From the IMG/VR virus record IMGVR_UViG_3300025819_000130, positions 1-26,847 of that record: 26,847 nucleotides of DNA; one strand, written 5' to 3'. The translations under genes were made by a program, and so were the position numbers. The notes beneath the pieces are model-generated. The model had not been told where the DNA came from and did no database searches. It worked only from the letters and a program-made list of their open reading frames with translations. This document shows positions 1 to 6,444 of the stretch, piece after piece; position 1 is the stretch's first letter, and each line of letters opens with the position of its first letter. The stretch comes from a virus (taxonomy: Duplodnaviria > Caudoviricetes).

Positions 1-168
1 GGACCGACGGGCCTGACTGGTCCAACTGGTCCGACTGGTCCGACTGGTCCGACGGGACCGACGGGACCGACGGGCCTGACTGGTCCAACTGGGCCAACGG
101 GGCCGACGGGGCCGACGGGGCCGACTGGTCCAACTGGGCCAACTGGGCCAACGGGGCCAACGGGGCCG
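1..168 (+). repeat. 9-bp-period tandem repeat (GGN CCR ACK) encoding a collagen G-P-T triple-helix segment
   Basis: Directly visible: ggaccgacg, ggtccaact, ggtccgact, gggccaacg ... with synonymous variation between units. Confidence 0.95.
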
Positions 169-507
169 TTGTTTACTGTTAATACTGTTGTTACTACTAA
201 TGCCACAGCAACCACTATTGCAACCATACCGATAGTAGACAACACAGCAGTCATGATTAATGCGTGGGTTGTTGGTAGAAGGACTGATGGGGCTGATCGC
301 GCCGCATATGAAAGACAGGCTCTCGTGTATCGATCCGGTGGTGCGGCTGTGCTTCAGGGTGTGGTGAACACTCCATTTACTCGTGAATCTAATGGATCTT
401 GGGATTGTAGCATAGCAGTGTCTGGAAATAATGCCATCATAGTGGTAACTGGTGCTGCTGGGGCAAATATTAACTGGGAAAGTAGACACTTTATTATTCA
501 GGTTTGA
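1..507 (+). CDS. Collagen-like (GPT)n fibre protein, 5'-truncated by the window edge, with a C-terminal beta-rich domain
   Basis: Frame 1 is open from base 1. It reads [12 protein letters not shown]... (18 G-X-T triplets, then GPL) directly into the track ORF 169..507, so 169 is not the real start. Confidence 0.85.
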   Translation, partial: GPTGLTGPTGPTGPTGPTGPTGPTGLTGPTGPTGPTGPTGPTGPTGPTGPTGPTGPLFTVNTVVTTNATATTIATIPIVDNTAVMINAWVVGRRTDGADRAAYERQALVYRSGGAAVLQGVVNTPFTRESNGSWDCSIAVSGNNAIIVVTGAAGANINWESRHFIIQV

Positions 508-512
508 CAACT

Positions 513-1169
513 ATGGCAATAACTGGTAGTACAGATATAGGCAACGGTCTGTTGTTTGTAACTGTGGACGAGGATCCTTTGCAGACAGCGGTTGATGTGC
601 CGGCTGGATCATTTGTTGTTTATGGCACTGGCATATACAAAAAATTAGACGATGGTCTGTCAACGAATGTAGAATATGTTGGTCTTAATCGTAATGGCAG
701 CGATTTTACTACTTTTGCCAATAAAAGCACTCCATCTGTTAATGATATATTGTTAATAGAATCGGAGGCAGATGGTTATTTAAAGAGATACACCGAACTT
801 ATAAACTTACCGTTATATGCTGTTAGTGGCGGGAGTACCACAACCACATCAACCACATCAACATCATATGTGCTTATGAGCGATATGGCATTGTCTTCTT
901 TGCCACCCGGTCGATATTTTGTTTCCGCCAGTTTTAGTTGGAGCCAGAGCACGAACGGCGCAACGGCGTTTGCTGCCATACATGATGGGTCTGGCATTAT
1001 TCAACAATCTGAGACAAGATATCTTCGTCAGAATGCCATAACCATCCCAGCACAGACACAGTCGCTTGTTTTACTGAATAGTATTGGCACAATTAGTGTC
1101 TATTGGAGAGTTACTGCGGGCACGGTTACAGCCTATGTAAGGAACATCACTGGCATAAAGGTAGGATGA
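513..1169 (+). CDS. Putative virion fibre/appendage protein with a Thr/Ser linker and C-terminal beta-sandwich
   Basis: Open ORF (TTG at 504, ATG at 513). GGSTTTTSTTSTSYV linker is followed by alternating beta-strand patterns (GRYFVSASFSW, TISVYWRV). It lies next to the collagen fibre gene. Confidence 0.5.
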   Translation: MAITGSTDIGNGLLFVTVDEDPLQTAVDVPAGSFVVYGTGIYKKLDDGLSTNVEYVGLNRNGSDFTTFANKSTPSVNDILLIESEADGYLKRYTELINLPLYAVSGGSTTTTSTTSTSYVLMSDMALSSLPPGRYFVSASFSWSQSTNGATAFAAIHDGSGIIQQSETRYLRQNAITIPAQTQSLVLLNSIGTISVYWRVTAGTVTAYVRNITGIKVG

Positions 1170-1170
1170 A

Positions 1171-2100
1171 ATGGCTAGATCATATAAATATTCAATACGC
1201 AATGATACTGCCAATGGGGCGGTAAATTTGGATAAATTGACGCTAGAAATAAGAAACAGCAATATTGTTATAGCTTTGGATCACATTGATGTTAGCGGTG
1301 ATGATGTTGAAATGTGGTTTAAAGCAGACCTTGATCAATCTGATGTGTCTGTGTTGAATTCTATTGTGGCAATGCATGATGGCCAACCACTTCCTGGCAG
1401 TGAAAATGCTGATGTTAATATAGCTAAAGTGTCTGTTGTCTTGCCAAGCCAGGAAAAGGGATTTAAGGACTTAAGTGGGCATAATGTGTATCGTGTTGGT
1501 CCGCTTATGTATGTGGCTTCTGCTGGAAAGGCATCAGTGTTTTGTGAAAAGTTTAATATCAACATGTATATTCATGGTGGTGGTGTTTATGTTCCTGAAT
1601 ATGTTTATATTAATGGTGTTAAAACAGATAACAAGCCAGAGTGGGGAGATTATTGTGTGTTTGATGTTGTTGATCTAGACAATAAGCTTGGATACGGCAA
1701 GAAATTTGATGTTGTGTCTGTTGAAAGGCGCGATGGTGTATTGACCATAAGGACATCATCAGCTCACAATTTTGTGGTTGGTGAAAAGGTTTACATAAAT
1801 GTTGATAACGATATATATGATCGACAGGAAGCAACCATTTCTTCTATTGGTGATGACCTACACGTATCTGTTGTTGATAGTGGTTTAGATGTTGATGAGA
1901 CGTCTGTTTCTGGTTATGTTAGTAAAATAGTTGTTTTGGCGCCGTTTATTCCGGTGTCTGGGGTATATGCTGGCATGAGTTGGGATTGTTCATATGATGA
2001 TGCCAAACTAATACCAGCCGGGATATATCTTAGGTTTAGATATGTGTCGCTTGGTTCGTCGGATGTGTATGTAATGCCACACTATCAGTTGCGCACTTGA
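1171..2100 (+). CDS. Hypothetical virion-associated protein (309 aa)
   Basis: Long ORF starting 1 nt after the previous stop. It contains a small beta module, LTIRTSSAHNFVVGEKVYI, of the AHxFxxGDxVxI type seen in phage structural proteins. Confidence 0.5.
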   Translation: MARSYKYSIRNDTANGAVNLDKLTLEIRNSNIVIALDHIDVSGDDVEMWFKADLDQSDVSVLNSIVAMHDGQPLPGSENADVNIAKVSVVLPSQEKGFKDLSGHNVYRVGPLMYVASAGKASVFCEKFNINMYIHGGGVYVPEYVYINGVKTDNKPEWGDYCVFDVVDLDNKLGYGKKFDVVSVERRDGVLTIRTSSAHNFVVGEKVYINVDNDIYDRQEATISSIGDDLHVSVVDSGLDVDETSVSGYVSKIVVLAPFIPVSGVYAGMSWDCSYDDAKLIPAGIYLRFRYVSLGSSDVYVMPHYQLRT

Positions 2101-2208
2101 TTTTGGAGATGTCGATGATTAATGACAAGCAGCATGAAGTTCCAAGATTTATTTCTAATAATGATATAAAAGAAAGAATAAAAAAATTACAAGAGGGGGG
2201 CGGGTCTG

Positions 2209-2796
2209 ATGTCGGAAGCTCCACTAATAGAGAAGCTAAGAAGGATGGATTGCAGCAAGAGGCGGGATGGGACAGTAAAGCGCGGTGACATACTTTTGGT
2301 CCACTCGCCATTGCGTTCGTGTTCTGATATCATCAGCTTGTTAATTCGTAAAATCACTAGGTCTTATTGGAATCATGCTGCTTGGGTATTGAATGAACAT
2401 AGCATACTTGAATCACATGGTAATGCTGGTGTAATTATGGATTCTATATCTAAATATGAGTATTGGAATCCTAATTTGGTTAGGGTCTGTCGCATTAAGA
2501 AAGAGCATATAACAGAGGAGCAGCTAGAATCTGCCATTAACATAGCCAGATCTTCTGTTGGCAGCAAATATGATTGGTTATTAATATGGGAGTTGTTTAA
2601 GTTATATGTGTTTAATGATCGTCATAAAGTAGAAGCTAGTGATAATAGAAGCAGGTGGATTTGTTCTGAATTAATAGCTAAGCCGTTGTGGCTGGCGGCC
2701 AAATTTAAGTTTTGTGATGTGCCCGTGTCAAACGTGGTTCCTGGTGACATAGCTAATAGTCCATTTGTGGATGTTGTTAGTGTGGAGGTCAGATGA
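2209..2796 (+). CDS. Permuted papain-like NlpC/P60 enzyme (YiiX/YebB-like)
   Basis: GDILLV, YWNHAAWV (His at 2374), GSKYDW and WICSELIA (Cys at 2662). His before Cys is the hallmark of the circularly permuted family. Confidence 0.85.
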   Translation: MSEAPLIEKLRRMDCSKRRDGTVKRGDILLVHSPLRSCSDIISLLIRKITRSYWNHAAWVLNEHSILESHGNAGVIMDSISKYEYWNPNLVRVCRIKKEHITEEQLESAINIARSSVGSKYDWLLIWELFKLYVFNDRHKVEASDNRSRWICSELIAKPLWLAAKFKFCDVPVSNVVPGDIANSPFVDVVSVEVR

Positions 2797-3464
2797 AAAT
2801 AGTAATTATTCCGTTTAAATATGTTAATGCTTTGACCGATATTAATGGTGAGACAATATATCTGTCTTTGCGCACATCGAATGTTGATGATGTTATAAAA
2901 GACGAATTGTGTCATATTGTGTCAAAGTCTTCATATCATGACAAAGCATGGTCTGACGCTTATGCATTGCTGTTTGGACATGAACCACATGGTGGTTCTG
3001 AATATGACAAGTTATTGGAAATGATTAATGTCAGTGAAAAAATTGGGGCAAATGTCGGCAACATAACTGGCATACAAAACATGTTGTTGGATTATCACTT
3101 GTTGCAGGCATATAGGAAATTTGCCTCTCGTGTGCTGGCAACCGATGGATCTTGGGAAATTACGAATAACAGAATAAGGTTGCAACCAACCCCTAAGGGC
3201 TCTTTTCCTGTAATTATTAGATACTTGCCATCCATAGATGATTTTAACTTGCCAGCGGCAAAAGAGCTGTGTACTCGTGCCATAATAGCCGAGGCTAAAA
3301 TAATGCTTGGGCACACTAGAAGGAAGATAAGTGTCCCCGGTCCAGATGGGTCTAGCATATCAATGGACGGAGATGCTTTAGTTTCTGAGGGCAAAGAAGA
3401 ATTAAAGGAAATAGTTGAAAAGGCTATCAGCCTGGGCGAGCCGCTTGGTTTTATAGCGCGCTAG
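2793..3464 (+). CDS. T4 gp13-like neck (head-tail adaptor) C-terminal half fused to an N-terminal degenerate zincin-like segment
   Basis: The C-terminus AEAKIMLGHTRRKISVPGPDGSSISMDGDALVSEGKEE...EPLGF follows the gp13 C-terminal pattern, and the gene lies upstream of gp14/gp15/sheath. The N-terminus has VIKDELCH-x7-H-x3-W. Confidence 0.7.
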   Translation: MKIVIIPFKYVNALTDINGETIYLSLRTSNVDDVIKDELCHIVSKSSYHDKAWSDAYALLFGHEPHGGSEYDKLLEMINVSEKIGANVGNITGIQNMLLDYHLLQAYRKFASRVLATDGSWEITNNRIRLQPTPKGSFPVIIRYLPSIDDFNLPAAKELCTRAIIAEAKIMLGHTRRKISVPGPDGSSISMDGDALVSEGKEELKEIVEKAISLGEPLGFIAR

Positions 3465-3488
3465 TTGATAAATAGACGGCAGTCATAA

Positions 3489-3498
3489 TCAAATATAT
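3489..3498 (+). promoter_or_regulatory. Candidate phage late promoter TCAAATATAT
   Basis: Intergenic, 38 nt before ATG 3527. One of six copies of TCAAAHWTAW. Confidence 0.6.
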
Positions 3499-3526
3499 AT
3501 GTGTGTAATTTATAAAAGGTGACACA

Positions 3527-3985
3527 ATGAAACTGTGTGTTTTAACCGAAGACATTGATGCAAGTGTAATGTCGTATGCAAAAACTGTAAAACTGCCGAG
3601 TATTGTTATTCCACATGAGGTGGCGTGGGTTGGCAGGGATAAGAAAATTTTCCATGGTGGCAAAAACAAAGTTGAGGTTCGTGTTGACCCAAGCAACAAA
3701 AATGAATATGTGTCACACACACACCCGGCGGACAATCCATCAGAATTCACTGCGTTGCCCTCTGTTGAAGATTTGAGATCGGCGGTGGAAATGTTTAAAC
3801 AAGGATTTCCTGGCGTTATAGTGTTTAGCGGCGAACATTTTACAATTGTAAAACCCAGGAGAAAAAATATCATACTTCTGGGATATGAGGAAGCTGTTAA
3901 AAAAGCCATTAGAAAAAATGACATAGACATAGCCTTAGATAAGTTGAGATCAATGGGTTTTGATGTTGGGATTGGTAAGCGATGA
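3527..3985 (+). CDS. JAB/MPN-like metalloprotein
   Basis: Upstream Glu (HEVAW), HTHP at 3716-3727, then PSVEDL: an E...HxH...SxxD JAMM-type motif with a 12-residue rather than the canonical 7-residue spacer. Confidence 0.65.
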   Translation: MKLCVLTEDIDASVMSYAKTVKLPSIVIPHEVAWVGRDKKIFHGGKNKVEVRVDPSNKNEYVSHTHPADNPSEFTALPSVEDLRSAVEMFKQGFPGVIVFSGEHFTIVKPRRKNIILLGYEEAVKKAIRKNDIDIALDKLRSMGFDVGIGKR

Positions 3986-4398
3986 TAGAATACCCGCACA
4001 TTCAAAACAGATTGCGCATATGGGCTGGTAACATAATTGCTGTGCCAGGAAATGAACCGATATCAACTGTAACTCATGTTTCTAATTATCAATATAATCC
4101 GTATGTAACTACTCTTCTCAATTGTGATTATTGTTCTCATGTATATATATCGGTGAAGAAGGCCCTTGAAGTTATTCCTGGGTCATATGTAACGATTGTT
4201 TCAAATAGATATATGCGATACTTTGTCCTTCCTAGCGGTCCCCCCCCGGACTATAAATGCCCGTGTGACTTTGTGAATGATTGGTATAAGATTATGAGGG
4301 ATAATGCTGACATTCCAGAGTCTGTTGGTAGTCAGGCCGTTTCTAGGGAAATTAAAGAGCAAGAATGTGAAATGTTTTCGCTTCTTGCTCCGTGTTGA
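3982..4398 (+). CDS. Hypothetical protein, Cys-containing (CDYC, CPC)
   Basis: 138-aa ORF with an ATGA overlap with the preceding gene. Confidence 0.55.
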   Translation: MIEYPHIQNRLRIWAGNIIAVPGNEPISTVTHVSNYQYNPYVTTLLNCDYCSHVYISVKKALEVIPGSYVTIVSNRYMRYFVLPSGPPPDYKCPCDFVNDWYKIMRDNADIPESVGSQAVSREIKEQECEMFSLLAPC

Positions 4399-4421
4399 TT
4401 CGTGCAAAGTGAGGAATTGTT

Positions 4422-4988
4422 TTGGCCATATATGATTTTGGCAGTAACAATGAGGTATATTCAAGCCTTAATGTGAGGGCTGATAACAGACCTCAGCACT
4501 CTATATTTAACCCGCAACAGTCTCAATACAATCCAAACGTGCCGGACATTGCCGTGGCGGAGCATGTTGCATTAGAATCAATAAGAATTGCTGGTGTAGT
4601 TGTTACAGTGCTACTGCGTACCGATGATGGTAAATATGACAAAGTATGGAATGAAGATATATCGCCAACATATTATAGTGGATATGACTTTAAGGCTTGG
4701 TTTGCCCCTTCGGCACCCGAAATAGTTTTAACAAAATTCGGGCAAGATGCTCCACACTCTATTGATCTGTTGTTTTCTAGGGCGGAAGTTTTGCATGTTC
4801 TTGGTGATAGATTAATACGCATTGGTGATATTGTTGTCATACCTCATAATAGTTTGGCGATTAGGGCCTCTAGGTTTCGCGTAGTACATGCGACTGATTT
4901 TGGCAATTATCGCTATCGTTGGATATATTGGAGTGTGACAGTCGAGTCTATGAATAAAGATGATGCAACGTTACCAATGGTAAAATGA
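4422..4988 (+). CDS. T4 gp14-like neck / head-closure protein
   Basis: TTG start with GAGGA RBS at 4411. Motifs ESIRIAGVVVTV, DKVWNED, LTKFGQD, IGDIVVIP; position between the gp13-like and gp15-like genes. Confidence 0.65.
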   Translation: MAIYDFGSNNEVYSSLNVRADNRPQHSIFNPQQSQYNPNVPDIAVAEHVALESIRIAGVVVTVLLRTDDGKYDKVWNEDISPTYYSGYDFKAWFAPSAPEIVLTKFGQDAPHSIDLLFSRAEVLHVLGDRLIRIGDIVVIPHNSLAIRASRFRVVHATDFGNYRYRWIYWSVTVESMNKDDATLPMVK

Positions 4989-4991
4989 TTT

Positions 4992-5270
4992 ATGAACAAT
5001 AAGATTAACAATTCTATTAGAGATATTAATTTAAAGTTGCGCAATGCATGTGAGTTGATAGCAGGTTCTGTTGTGTATGGCATAATTAAAAATCTTGGTG
5101 AACATGGTGATATTGTGGATGTGGTTGGCAAAGAACGGGGATCGCGTGTTGTTAAAATTAAGGCAGACGACAAGAAGGATGCCATTGATAAAGTTAATAA
5201 TGCTTTTGAGTCTATTGATGATGATGACTTACAAGAGGGCGGGGCTTATTTTGCAAGGATTATTAGGTAA
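4992..5270 (+). CDS. Hypothetical protein (92 aa)
   Basis: Fills the gap between flanking genes with only 3-nt and 7-nt spacers. Confidence 0.55.
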   Translation: MNNKINNSIRDINLKLRNACELIAGSVVYGIIKNLGEHGDIVDVVGKERGSRVVKIKADDKKDAIDKVNNAFESIDDDDLQEGGAYFARIIR

Positions 5271-5277
5271 TTAATCA

Positions 5278-6102
5278 ATGGCCATACATAACTTCTACTT
5301 CACTCCTCCAGTCGCCACTGATACAAACAATGATGCTTATGTTGATCAGCGTATAATATTAAACAACAGGCCAGAACGTGTTCCTGATTTGTCTTCTAAA
5401 AACCCAATAACTGTTGGGGAAGACATTAATTATGCACCGGAAATGGTTCGTAATGTTATTGTTAAGGGGTTTTATGATCTTGATGCTGGCATGAAACAAT
5501 GGCTTGGCGGCATAAAAATTCCAGTTTATGATTCTTATAAGACTGTGGCAGTACATGTTGTGTCGCATGATCGCAGTGTTTTGTCGTGGGCGCAAGAATT
5601 TTTCAATGGTAGGGTGTCTTTGCCGGTCATTTCTATAAAGAGAGAGAGCTGGGAATTTGGCCGTGATCGGTGGATACCACCATACTTGCCGATGTGGCGT
5701 GAATTTACCGATGGTTCTAGAAGGCGCATGCGTTTAGTATATCATCCAATACCGTTTGACGTTAGTTATGAAATGAACATTTGGAGTGAGTTTAAACATG
5801 ATGCTGAATATATTAGTTCTGACGTTACTAGAAGATGTTGTCCAATGGGCATGTTTGTGGTTGAGGATGAATATATAACACAAAATGTGCGTGTGACTGT
5901 TAATTCTGTGTCAGACAGCAGTGATGTTGATATTGATGCCAAAACGAAGCCAAAAATTAATTATTCTATATCTATGAAGGTTGAGTATTCTATACCAATA
6001 CATGAAAAAGTGGTGCCAACTGTGCTTGGCAAAGTTATTTCATTGAAGGAGAGTGATACTCGCACCACATATGAGGTTTATCGCATGGAAGATCTTTTGT
6101 AA
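5278..6102 (+). CDS. T4 gp15-like tail terminator / sheath stabiliser
   Basis: RVSLPVISIKRESWEF and PIPFDVSYEMNIWS motifs; located just upstream of the sheath gene. Confidence 0.75.
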   Translation: MAIHNFYFTPPVATDTNNDAYVDQRIILNNRPERVPDLSSKNPITVGEDINYAPEMVRNVIVKGFYDLDAGMKQWLGGIKIPVYDSYKTVAVHVVSHDRSVLSWAQEFFNGRVSLPVISIKRESWEFGRDRWIPPYLPMWREFTDGSRRRMRLVYHPIPFDVSYEMNIWSEFKHDAEYISSDVTRRCCPMGMFVVEDEYITQNVRVTVNSVSDSSDVDIDAKTKPKINYSISMKVEYSIPIHEKVVPTVLGKVISLKESDTRTTYEVYRMEDLL

Positions 6103-6117
6103 ATTGGAGGGTTTGTT

Positions 6118-6387
6118 ATGTCAAGGCCGATGACGCAGAGGGAGATTAAGAAAGCAAAGGCAATTGGGGCAAAGAGAAATGTGGAGATGGTAGCTGTGAC
6201 TAACTGTGGCAGCCACATGGTGCAGCTGCATTTGCGCGATCCTGGCTCTGATTTCTATGTAGGGGAAAGGGTGATTAGACTGCTGCCGGGACAAAGATAT
6301 GTTGATGAAAGAGACAGGTTTAACCAATTTCAGCTAGAGAATTTGCAAGCAAAGGGTGAGTTGACTGTTGTGTCAGTTGATAATTAG
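6118..6387 (+). CDS. Small hypothetical protein preceding the tail sheath
   Basis: GGAGG RBS; 89 aa. Confidence 0.65.
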   Translation: MSRPMTQREIKKAKAIGAKRNVEMVAVTNCGSHMVQLHLRDPGSDFYVGERVIRLLPGQRYVDERDRFNQFQLENLQAKGELTVVSVDN

Positions 6388-6401
6388 GATTGGCTGTGTT
6401 G

Positions 6402-6411
6402 TCAAATATAA
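6402..6411 (+). promoter_or_regulatory. Candidate phage late promoter TCAAATATAA
   Basis: Intergenic, 43 nt before the sheath ATG 6445. Confidence 0.6.
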
Positions 6412-6444
6412 ATTTGTTTAGCGGTGGTGCTAGGAGAATAAACA

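Noticed and set aside
1-168. Tandem repeat as a CRISPR array or non-coding satellite
   Set aside because: 9-bp period with third-position variation, no spacers, and in frame with the downstream coding region: a collagen coding repeat.
3021-3060. Intein at the junction in the gp13-like gene
   Set aside because: No Hint-domain motifs; the Asn at 3051 is followed by Val, not Cys/Ser/Thr.
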